From Gonapodya sp. JEL0774 (Eukaryota): 64,000 nucleotides of DNA. The position numbers were made by a program, and so were the translations under genes. The notes below the pieces were generated by a model. It was not told the origin of the DNA and did not search any database. It saw only the letters and a program-made list of their open reading frames with translations. Where the stretch lies: contig JADIIX010000044.1 in assembly GCA_027604505.1 (NCBI GenBank), positions 1 through 64,000 of the forward strand, given 5' to 3'. This document shows positions 49,967-61,231 of the stretch, piece by piece; positions within the stretch are counted from its first letter, which is position 1; each line of letters opens with the position of its first letter.

Positions 49967-51489
49967 CTAATACTGTTCATTTTCGATGGGGCTGAACCCC
50001 TGCGTGGCCATATCTGTTGCGTAATTGTCTGATTTCATCGCAGGTTTGTCAGTTTGCGCTGAAGACTCCCACAAGAGACGGAAAAGATTGTTAATTAGAC
50101 AGAGTCCCACGACTGACATGCCGACTGAAAATACAGCAACTGAGTCAGCGTGCGTACACATAGTGAGACACAGTGAGAAAGCTGACTCACAAAACAGTGA
50201 GGCCATATCCAGTTGTGTGCCGATGGGAGGGATGCTGGGTGTGGCATTTCGTACGATGGGCATCGCAAAGAGCAGTCCCGGACCCATTGCTAACAACGGC
50301 CGATTGTTTAGGAAGTATTCTCACGAGGCACCATCGCAAAGCGCTTTACCCACCGAGAATAGGGAGGTCTAGCTTCCTGCCTTTGAAACGGATATCCACA
50401 GTGAGAAGTCCATAACCAAGAGAAAGTCCCCACTAGTGGTAATTTGATTTCAGGCGGATTTAGAGAGCAGTAGTACTCGGGACGTTCATTAACAGTGTGA
50501 CTTACGAAGATTGCAGACACTAAGAGAGCAAAGAGTTTGGTGGTTACACCACGAGTGATCTTGATAGCAACATTGTAGCTGAAGACCCCGGTTCGTTTGT
50601 CCGTGTCCAAGATCGACGCTTCTGCTTTGTAAGCGCCCGTAAACCCAACAACTTGGAATCCAAGTGGGATATAGCGACCTGGGGTTGCCGGTGGGAGACC
50701 GGTGAACGCATACACAACAGCGGTACCAGTGTGGACGTCAAAGGGGAAAGCGCTCGCTGTTGTTTATGAGAAATCAACATGGTTGTTGTTGGCACGACAA
50801 TGATAACGGACACGCACCATCGCCGTCATCGGAACTCATGGTTCCATCCACTCCAGGAGAAGTTGCGGTTAAATCGAACCTAAAAGTTTAAGAGGAGTTG
50901 CGGTCAGGTTTCGCTTTATGGTGAGGATTACATGTACGCACGTCTTGGAGGTATCGCCAGCAACGATTGTGACGTTGTTCAGGTTGTTGGCGTAGATTCC
51001 TGTTCCATCGAGCTGCAAAGAGACGGTTACGGTATGTACTCTTCGGGTGCGGGGCTGACTGTACTCACCGTGAGTCGGAAAGATATTTTCTCTGCGTTTG
51101 TATCCAAGCTCACCTTTAGGGGGGGTAGGAGGGCGCGTCAACTGATACTTCCCCTCCAAAAAAGTCCCTCTAAACTTGTCCCACTCACGAAGTGAGCAGA
51201 CACCACGATCCCATCGGCATAATTGTTCCCGTACGTTGTTATCACATCGTTTCCATTGGCATCAGTGCAAGGGGTGTTTGGGACACACTGCTTCTTGGGT
51301 TTCAGTTCGCTTTGCCCTTGCTTTATCGAAATGACGTTGAGAGCTACAACGATGGCGATGTAGAAGAGCCTGCGAATTGGAGTTCAAGAACTATTATATA
51401 GGATCGAGAGGATGAAGCAAGATAAGCAGCAACACCTACACCCAGCCGATTGGGAGGAGTCGCCTCCAGAGCGGTTGTTGAGATGACAT
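49967..51489 (-). CDS. DUF4436-like membrane protein, copy A (alpha type)
   Basis: MSSQQPLWRRLLPIGW, N-terminal TM, CVPNTPCTDANG, SAFPFD, IKITRGVTTKLF, LLFAMPIVRNATPSIPPIGTQLD, final TM. Family assignment is from motif recall. Confidence 0.8.
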
Positions 51490-51624
51490 GATGGTAGGGA
51501 AGTTGCGATGGGGATGGAAGAAGATAGGGAGGGATTTGAAGACGCAAGATGAGCGGGGGAAACTTGGATAGTTATAAGCAGAAATGTGCAGGATGATAAA
51601 ACAGAGTCTGTTCGCATTGGGAGG

Positions 51625-51899
51625 GAACAGTTTTGTAACTGTGGAGGATTTGTTAGGAGGGCAACTGTGGCAACTGTGGTCACAGATCAGGGATGGGCTG
51701 ACTGAGCAACCCCTGTACTGATATGAAACTGTTCTTGTGTTGTTGCTCCTTTCTGTTCCTTCTGTTCCTTCTGTTCCCGACCTCAGCCATCATGCCCCAA
51801 CTGATCCAAAGGGTTTCCCGTTCTGCTAAATCTGCCCTCTCTATAAGCTCTTTCCTTGTCAGAACAAGCTGTCCACTCTTTCTCTGGCATCCATTCTCA
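51625..51899. promoter_or_regulatory. Conserved block in divergent spacer, copy 1
   Basis: Non-coding DNA between head-to-head genes, alignable with 56199-56450. Contains ACAGTT-N4-AACTGT. Confidence 0.7.
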
Positions 51900-51925
51900 G
51901 TTCTCAACCAACTCTCTCCAGCTCG

Positions 51926-53239
51926 ATGGTTTCCCTCGATCCTTCAGTACCTCTCTGGAGAAGGTTGTTTGCCGTGGGATGGTTGTGAGTGTCCCCGATT
52001 CCTTGCTGCTCATTGCTCTTCCCTCTGAACCATCGTCGTCCGTTGCAGCCTCGTAATACTCATTGTCGCGGCCGTTGCCAACCTGTATTACAAAGTGGAC
52101 AGTGAATATCACTTCACTTCCCAACGGTGTACTTGAGATTGGGACTAACACTATCATTATTTCAGATATCGTCGTGCAGGCAAAAGGCCTCGCTCTTTGT
52201 GCCGACGATGCGGTTTGTGTGGATACAGCCGGGAATCCCGTCATAAACGGATAGTGAGTAGAGTTGACAGACGATGTTTCCCTTGTTGATCGCGCAAACA
52301 TGAAATACTTCCAATCACACAGCAACCGGACTTTTGCGGACGGGTTGATTGTGGCATCGAAATTTGCGGGGTTGAACGTTACAACATTGGGAGTTTCCTA
52401 CCGCATGACGGTTCAGGGTCTCGGCAAATATGCGAGCTTAGATGGTTTAACGGTTGTGGCGGGAGACACCACACTGAAACTCAACGGAACTTCGGCTTCG
52501 GTGGGGTTGGACGTTGTGGTTACTTCCAATGTGGAGGGTAGGTGTCAAATCGCTTCTGCTTGTTCCTCAGTCGTCTTGGCTAGACTGACGAGCTTCCCTT
52601 CTGTTAGCCACCTTCTTCCCCATGGATGAATACGGTGGCGCCATCCCCATATTTGCGTTTGAGGGCAACGTCACCCAACCAGGCGCCAAAATCCCAATCG
52701 GGTTCCTGTCTCTGACTGGCAAGGGTGCATTCACTGTGTACTCGACAATCGCGGAGACGTTGGCTGCTCCCAATTATTCATATGCCCTACTCTTTCTCGT
52801 CAAGCGGAGTGGGACCACCAAGTTCATCTCGTTCCTCTCCGCCGCCATTCAGGTATGTGCAGCTCAAGTGTCTGGACCTAATGCTGTTCCCTCATGACTC
52901 AAATTTTCATATTCGCGATTGGTCACACCGTGAATGTAGGGTCTTGCAACCCTTGGATACCTTTTGATCACAACTGATGTTCGATACAAGGGGCAGAGGT
53001 TGTATATTATGCTGATCTGTGAGTTGTCTCGGAACGGAACTTGTCTTGATTGATGCAGTCTTTTACTTACACCATCTCGGCTGACAGCGCTTGGGATACA
53101 ATTGCTGTTCGGGTTGCCAAACCTCAGCACTGCGCCACCAACGATGATCATCATTTCTCTTGTCGTAGTAGGCACTTGCGTCATTAACAACATGTTCCGC
53201 TACGTTTGGGAAATCCAACCGCCTGTTAAAAATGCTTGA
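51926..53239 (+). CDS. DUF4436-like membrane protein, copy B (beta type)
   Basis: MVSLDPSVPLWRRLFAVGW, CADDAVCVDTAG, FFPMDEY, LVKRSGTTKF, LLFGLPNLSTAPPT, ends WEIQPPVKNA*. Confidence 0.8.
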
Positions 53240-53412
53240 TCGACACACTTTGTATTTGAAATGTCACTTCTCAATACTATAATTGTCTCAAATTGTTGAT
53301 ATGAGCACAAGTTAGATGCAAATACAGCTAGTATGCTATCGCGAAGCAAGACTTGAATCACTGATGGTTTTCGCTCCGTTCCGAATCCCTTACGGTCCCA
53401 GGAAACTTGGAA

Positions 53413-53940
53413 TCACCTCGCGACAAATTTCCTTTTTCCATCTTTCTCATTGAATGAGTTCTCAAGACGTCTTTCCAGCACCGTGATGAACGTATCGTAG
53501 TGGATTAGCTTCGAGATGAAGCCCTCCATGGTTTCCCGATACGTTTGAACATCGTGCTTGGTAGTATTTGCGGTGAGAACGATAATCAGTGGTTGCGGAA
53601 ACTCCTGTGGGAAAGATCGTATAGCTTGTGCGGCTGTAATCAAGGGTGGACTCTAGATCACCAAGCGAATTTTAGTGGTGATGGCATGTCGGTGCCACTC
53701 ATGATAGGCCTCAAAAATATCACACCAAGGAAAGGTCAAATCTATGAAACAAATGTGATCGGAGGTTCGGGAATAAGTACGGAGGCCCGGAGTCGCTTCA
53801 CTCACGGATCGCCTTGTTCGAAAGCCGGAAGCGCTTTTCCCGTCGCTTCACGGCCGTCTGCAGCAGTTTCTGGCACAAGGAGGATCTTGGACAGAAATTC
53901 ACCACCATCTCTTGATTGATCGGTTTGTCCTCTAAAGATA
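53413..53940 (-). pseudogene. Degenerate response-regulator receiver fragment (hybrid histidine kinase type)
   Basis: LEDKPINQEMVV, a frameshift near 53898, then ETAADGREA, FDL and AIRS...PLIIVLTAN...MEGFISK. No kinase domain seen nearby. Confidence 0.7.
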
Positions 53941-54369
53941 CTCCGAGTGATGGGATATTATTGACCGGCATTCCCTGCTCCCCGTTCGCTGACCAACGAA
54001 TGATCTACCTGGTATCTTGGAGATTCAGATCCACACCGAAAAAGGCTGTGTTTGTCCGACACGCACGAAAAATGCTTCCAAGTGCTCCCTCTTTCCGAGA
54101 TTCAACGAACGACTGATGAACATCATCCCGTCTTTCGGTTCATTTAAACACTAATGGATCGAATTTGAATGGTCATTTGGCGATCATTCCAGGAGTAATG
54201 CTCGAAAATTAAACTCAAATTGCATATAAAATCGTGGTACTAAGTATACTAACAATACATTTATTCCTTCACCAGCACTTCGCGCTCTCACCCTCATCAT
54301 TATGTCCCCACAGTTCCGTTTCACTCTGCGCTCCGAACACCGTGTTAACTCTTAAACCCACGACACATC

Positions 54370-56091
54370 TTACCGCCTCTCTTGCTCATTCCAAAACCTC
54401 GAAGCGGCAGCGGTAGGATACTGAACAGGACGGTATCCTGGATTACCCATTTCGATGTACTCGGGTTTGGCTGGGGGAAGCGAGGGGCGGTTGGGAGGTT
54501 GTTGGTATGCGCTGGGGATGGGCAAGCTTGCGGGTGTTTGCTGGTGGATCACGGGAGGGATGTGATGAGTGGATGAGAATGCGAGTGCCGTGCCGCAACA
54601 AACAACATACAGGTTCAATCTCGTACAAGAAACGGAAAATGTTGACCACCACGCAAACCCCGATGACGGAAAGTGCAACTAAATGGGTCAAACGAGGAGT
54701 TTGCGGGATCAGGGCACTGGGTAGAAGTAAGAGAGAGTCACATTCAAGACTCACAGAACAGCCCTGCCATGTCTAACTGAATCCCAATCGCTGGAATTCC
54801 TGGAGCGGCATTGCGAAGGCCTGTTAAGGCGAAAAGGAGAGCAGGTCCGGCGGCTGTGCAGTTGCACGTAGAGCAGGAGAGAGAATTGAACACAGATCAG
54901 TAAGAGTCCCTCTTGCCTGATCGCACAAATTAGGTCACATACAGACGACAGTATACTCCAGCTTTTTCCCCTTAAAACGTATGTCCACCGTGAGGAACCC
55001 ATAAGCAAGAGCCAGACCCCACTGAGGGAAGCGAGAGAGGATTCAATTAGAATTATGTCCGCGCGAAAGTCTCAACTCAAGAAACCGACCTGGATCACTG
55101 CTGTAAACACTGCAAAGAACTTGGTAGTCGAACTCCTCGCCACGGCTGCTAACACGGTGTAGGCATAGATGCCTGTTCTGTTGTCGGTCCCAATGATGGT
55201 GGCCGCGGTCGTAAACGAGCCTGTGGTTCCAGTGTTTTGAAAGCCCATGGGGATGTATCGTCCAGGAGTGGGGGTGGTACCCTGGAACGCAAGAACCGTG
55301 GTGGTTCCGTAATGGAAGTCAAAGGGGTAGGAGCTCGCTAGGAGTTTTAGGTGAGAAACGACCGAAGACGATTCCCAATGCGAAAGATTTTCGACTCACC
55401 ATCTCCGTCTGTGGAGCCAAACACCGCATCGATACCGACAACCGGTGCTGTACCGTCTAGAGTGACGAAACTGTCTCCCGCAACGATCGAGATGCCACCC
55501 AGATTTTCGGAGTACTTTCCAATGCCTCCGACCTAAGAGAGAGTGTGTTGAGCAAGAGTGACTTTGCTTGCCGAACGAAAAAGACTCACTGTCAGGCGGT
55601 AAGTAATTTTCTCGGTCAGGGTGTCGAGAGAAATCTGAAATGGGTCAAGACGATAAGCTAACTTGTTGCGCAGCGCCCATGAATCTTCCAACTCACGAAA
55701 TGTGCTGAAACTACCAGACCATCTGTGAATGTGGCATTGTACGTGTTGATTACTATTGCTCCAGTAGAATCCACGCATGGGGTGTTATTGAGACAAAGTG
55801 CCGTGGGCTTGGACAGAGCGGCACCTGCTCGGATGAAGAGCAGTTTGCGGGAGAAGGAAGGTCGTTTGCTTCTCGTTCGGCGGAGAGAGCAGGGAAAACG
55901 AACGACAAGTACCTTGGTTCTTGTAGGAGATGTTTGAAATCGCAGCTGCGATAAGGAGAACAAGCCTTCGATGGGAAAGGATGATGGGTTGAGAGGGAAA
56001 CGAGCAATGAGCTACTGGTAATCGGGGAAAACACTTACAACCAGGCAAGAGGATAAAGTCTTCGCCATAAGGGGATTGCAGATGCTGCCAT
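54370..56091 (-). CDS. DUF4436-like membrane protein, copy C (alpha type)
   Basis: MAASAIPLWRRLYPLAW, CLNNTPCVDSTG, SSYPFD, AVARSSTTKFF, LLFALTGLRNAAPGIPAIGIQLD, and a Pro-rich tail. Confidence 0.8.
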
Positions 56092-56198
56092 GGTACGAAC
56101 TTGAAAAGCAGAGGGAGGCAAAATGAAAGACAATGGACTGCAAGTTCAGTAAGTTCCATTTTGAGATAATATGTAAGTAAACCCTGCAGTGCTGGGTT

Positions 56199-56450
56199 GA
56201 ACAGTTTTGTAACTGTGAAAGGGTTTGCGCAGGTGCAAGAGGAACAGCTGTGGGACCTCATGAGATCAGGGGGGGTGGGACAGCCAAACACCCTCAAGAC
56301 CTGTTCTTTGGTCGTTCTGTTCCCGGCTTCAGCCATCACCCCGAACTGATCCCAAGGGTTCCTTCTCTGGTAAACTTGCCCTGTCTGCCAGGTAAAAGCT
56401 CATTCCTTGTCAGAACCAGCCGTCCCCTCTTCCTCTTGCCTCCATTCTCA
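56199..56450. promoter_or_regulatory. Conserved block in divergent spacer, copy 2
   Basis: Alignable with 51625-51899 and shares the identical 19-mer GAACAGTTTTGTAACTGTG. Confidence 0.7.
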
Positions 56451-56567
56451 ATCACCCGTCTACCCATCTGCACTTCCTATATCCTCAATTCACAATCTAC
56501 CTCTTCCTCTCCACTTGCTTCTCGCCATCACATTTCCACTTCTTCTCCCCTAAACACCTCCAATCTA

Positions 56568-57899
56568 ATGGCTATCGCAAATGTACCTCTCTGGAGAAGA
56601 TTGTGGAGCGTAGGATGGCTGTGAGTACTCCTTTAGCACCATTTCCTCTGGGAGTCTTCCCCTCTCCAACCCATCTCCGAATCGACTACAGGGTGATCCT
56701 TCTTCTCGCGGCTATCGTTGCGAATCTCTTCTACAAGAAAGACAATCTTTCACTACAAAACAGAGGGAATGAACTTTGTGTTCAAGATGGGCTATGTTTA
56801 GATTCTAATGGGGCAGTCACGATCACTGGCTAGTGAGATTTCTCGAATCCCCGGTGTTCCAAGCATGTGCTTGTATTTAACCGGTATCTCCTCAGCAATA
56901 CTTCTTTCACCGATGCCTTAATTGTTTTCGTGAAATTCGCCGGTGTGGACACCAATGCGCTCAAAGTTTTCTATCGATTAACAGTGAGCTTCCTGCCTTT
57001 CTCCTCACCGAGCAATTTTCAACACATCTAAATTCTGTACCTTGCTCGTACAGGTGTGGGGAAACGGCAAATACGATACCAATTTAGGCAATGTGACATT
57101 CGTAGGTGGGGACACAACCGTCCAACTCACTCCGGGAATAGCACGCGTCGGAGTGGATGTAACCGCATCAGCCCTTAAATCTGGTAAGATCTTTCTTCAA
57201 CCCCATTCGATGCTCAGTGACTGATCTCTGATTGGTCTAGTGGCCGCCATCGCCCCCATGGATGAATACGTTTCTTCCTTCAGCATATTTGCCTTCGAGG
57301 GCACCCCGAGTGCGAAGGGTCGGTACATACCGATTGGCTACCAGTTCCAAGGGGGTAAAGGTGCTTGGAACGTCCTTATGGGGATCAGCGAAACACTTCC
57401 CGCGCCAAGCTACTCGTACACTTTGGATATGCTTGTTAAGAGAAGTGGAACAACCAAATTCGTGTCGATCCTTTCTGCGGTTGTTCAGGTGTGGTCAACT
57501 TGTTTAACGTTGGAAACCCCAATTGTATTTGACTCGTTCGGCTTTTAGGGCATGGTGACACTTGTGTACCTTCTCATAACCACAGGCTCCAAGAAAATTC
57601 ACATCGCAATGATCCGTACGTGAACATGCTGGCTTGAAATGGGGGTAATTTGTCATCCAACACGTTCCACTCTTGTGTGATAGACTTTGGAATCTTCCTG
57701 CTATTTGGTCTCCCAAGTTTGGGCACCTCCCCTGCAACCATGATTATCGGTGGGTTTTAAGTACAAAAATCTCAGAGTTTTTTGTCTTTCCTTACACTTC
57801 TCTCTTCTAATAGTGACCCTTGGAGTTATTGGACCATGCGTGATATTCAACATGTTCAAGTATGTCTATCAAATTTCTCCTCCTTCTCAACAGTCTTAG
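56568..57899 (+). CDS. DUF4436-like membrane protein, copy D (beta type)
   Basis: MAIANVPLWRRLWSVGW, CVQDGLCLDSNG, IAPMDEY, LVKRSGTTKF, LLFGLPSLGTSPAT, ends YQISPPSQQS*. Confidence 0.8.
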
Positions 57900-58541
57900 T
57901 CGCGCGTCAGGGGTAGTGTAATTATGAGAACGCTTTAATTCTGGTGTAATTCTGCCACATATTATTACTTGGAACTTTTATTTTCACTCCAGAACAGCTT
58001 TCCGAGGCGGAAAAAGCAGGAACTGAACTTGTGCACATGGACTTTCGTGCTAGGAGTCTGTGCTTGCATGTAATTCGAGTTTGAGCACTGTACATAAGAG
58101 AGCAAACGAGTGCATTTCGGGGCAGTTTCGAAACATCTCCTGGCACATCCTTTTTTTTGGCTTTTGTGGTTCATATAGTACCGAACTTCATCATCCACTT
58201 TCCCGCAGAACACCTGAAAGAAAACCAGGCTCACAGCGCCAGGTAGCAATTTAGAACGTAAATGTGCGTCGACTATCCGTTGCTCTCGGCTTCAATTGCT
58301 CGAATCGAAAGCATTTGCAAACACACTTCCGGTTTCTCCACCCTTCTGTCTACCGCTCTGTTCTCTTCTGTAACTCGGATCGTCATTTGATCACATCTGA
58401 TAATTGTCTCACTAGCTCCCGTTTTGCTCCACTGGTGTAGTTGCTCTCCACCCAACTGGTACCACGCATTCGCCACTCTTTCCGCAGAACTCAAACAGAA
58501 GCTTATCTCCCCATTCTTGTGGAGCAGAATTCGCGCTGAAT

Positions 58542-61096
58542 ATGCAAGAGACTGGCGTCGCCCCTCCGCCACTCCCGGCTAATTCAGCCGAGCCCGATTT
58601 CAATGCAGACGCGTTTCTCTCGAACATTCTCGCTTCAGCCAAGACATACGAGCAGCACTCTGTTCCGATGAACAATTCCATCAACGAAGGCAATGGAAAC
58701 TCGAATTCTTCGGCCACACAGAATGGAATGCGCATTGCTCCAGCGCTGAAAACAGTAGAGGCGGAGAACCCCTCTCAGAAAATACAAAACCAAAACCCGG
58801 GTTCAAAATCAATATCATCGTCTGAACCTATTGGCGAGCGTGCATTGAACGGGGCGCTCGAGGCGTCTAGAAATCTTAAACAGGAAAATGACCCAGAAAG
58901 GCTCTCCTCTCACACCGACCCTTTGGTAAAGCCCGACCCAGATGCGGAAGATTCTGGCGCAGGTGGTCCTTCTTCGCGGCGAGCTCGTCAGCGCTCTTCA
59001 GGGAAATCCGGAAAACAGCAGCAGTCTTCTCAGAACCAGCAGTACCAACACAGTCAAGGTCAGAAGCCGGCTCGCGCAGGTGGGGAACGAAAGCAGCGCG
59101 ACCACGCTCCAGCCGGGGGATCAGCGCCAAAGCAGATTTGTCAGTACTTCGCAAAAGGGACCTGTGCGAAGGGTCCAGAGTGTGCTTTCTCTCACGACTC
59201 GGCCACGGCAGAAGAGCTTCGCAAAAAGCACGAAGCTGAGGAGAAGGAAAAATTGTCCGGTAGTTGCAAGTACTTCAGATCGGGGAAGTGTGAGAAAGGC
59301 GCTAGTTGTCCCTTTTCTCACGATCTGAGTCGGGAACCGTGCAAGGTCAGTTCTCCACGGAACACGGACCTTATCTTGTTGTCCATTGTTTACCCCAGAT
59401 TCCGTGTGCTGATGTCTAAATCCTCCATTTCTTCTTTTGTGGAAGTTCTATCATTGGTTCAACAAGTGTAACAACCCACGCTGTCGATATTCGCATGACC
59501 CTTTGACTGAAGACGAACGGAGAGGCGCGGAAATACAAATGATGAAAACTTTGAAGACACAGGTGGGATCAAGTTCATTGATTTTTCCGAATGATTTCTT
59601 TGACAGAATTCCTTTGTTTCATAAAACTACCCCCACAGCCTTGCAAGTTTTTTCACCTATGGAATTCGTGCAAATTTATTAACAATCCTGAAAAATGCCC
59701 CTTCAGTCATGAACCACTGACGGATGAAACTAGGGCAAAACTCAGAGCGGACGACCTCGAGGAACGCCAGAAAGAGCAAGCTCTCAAGGAGGACAAAGTT
59801 CGGGATCGGCACTGGAAACGTGACGCCAGTCCTTCTGGGCACGGTACTTCGAAGGGAAGGGACGGTGTACGGTCACCGAAACGAGAGCGAGAACGAAGCG
59901 AGCCAACAACCCGAAACGTAAGCAGAGAGAGGGAGAGGGACAGAGAGAGAGATCGGGATCGGGAGCGGGACAGGGAAGGGTGGGTCGGCGCAAAGCGGAG
60001 TCGTCGGAGCAGTCCCAGCCCTCCATACAGGGGATCTCGGCCAGGAAGTCCCACTCTGAGGTCTCGACCGGGTAGCCCTTATCGCGTCTCGAGGCCAGGC
60101 AGTCCTGTCTATCGTGGATCACGACCTGGTAGCCCTTATCGCATGTCGCGCCCACCCAGTCCCCACGGCTTTCGAGGTTCACGCCCCGGCAGTCCATACC
60201 CTCCGTCGCGATCCCGTCCACTGTCTCCTTCTGGCCCTCCTCGAAGTCGCAGCCGAAGTAGAGACAGGATCCGGCGAATAATGGGCGAAGAGACCCGTTA
60301 CCGGGACGAATTGGCAAGGTCCAGGAGGCCATCATGGTCTCCTCCGGGGAAGTCGAGATCGCGATCTCCAGGTGGCGGTCGGAGACCGATTGCTCGGTAT
60401 GAATATGAAGACTTGACTAGAGGCCGAGGAGATCCGATATCTCGTGGCCCAAGTAGACCGATTTCTCGAAGGAGTTCTGGCCGGAAGAGTTCCAACGTAT
60501 CACCAAGCAGAGATCCTCTACGAGATTGGGATCGCGGAGCTGAGAGAGGTGGTGATCGAGGTAGCTCGCTGTTGGACCGGGGTGGAATTTATGTCAAGGA
60601 GCGTAACGGATCCTTACCTGGCAGCCTGGGCAACTCCCCCACGCATGCGAATCCGTCCCAACAACAGTCCGGTAACGTGTCTCCCAAACCCCCACAGCAA
60701 GCGCCCAACTTGTTCATGGCTCCACCCAACATGCTACCTAACCAGCAGTTCATGGCTTTCATACAGGGACCGAACGGTTCAATGAGTGCGGTGCCGGTAG
60801 CAATACTGGGACCTCCTGGAATGCAATTAGCTGGCCAACCTGGACATTCTTTGCAAGGCGGCACGGTCGCTGGGTTCACACAAGGTGCAGCGTTGCCTCA
60901 ATTCACCCAAGCCGCGGGAATGCAGTTCCCACAAGGCCTGATATTGGCACCAGGCATGGGTATTCCGTTAGGTGGTTTTCCAGGAGTGACAGCGTCTGGG
61001 TCCTCATTCCCTGTGATGGCTCCTGTCGGTGGCCTGGCAATTCAAGAGACTGTTGGTGAAACTGTTTCCTCAAAATCGCATGAAAATCAATTCTAA
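58542..61096 (+). CDS. CCCH zinc-finger protein with RS/RD-rich region (ZC3H4/6/8-like)
   Basis: Four CCCH fingers across exons, two ending FSHEPLTDE / YSHDPLTED, followed by RE/RD and RS-rich repeats. Confidence 0.85.
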
Positions 61097-61231
61097 CATG
61101 ATTTGAATATGGTGCCACGATGTAAATGAAACGTGAAGGAAGGTCCATACTTTAAGGACACGTAAAGGTACTAACCTGGGTGGGGAAGTGGGGGAGGGGG
61201 GGGATGTAGATTACACATTCAATAAATTCAA

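Noticed and set aside
60025..60200. Regularly spaced repeats as a CRISPR-like array
   Set aside because: Degenerate in-frame coding repeats without unique spacers, in a eukaryotic gene.
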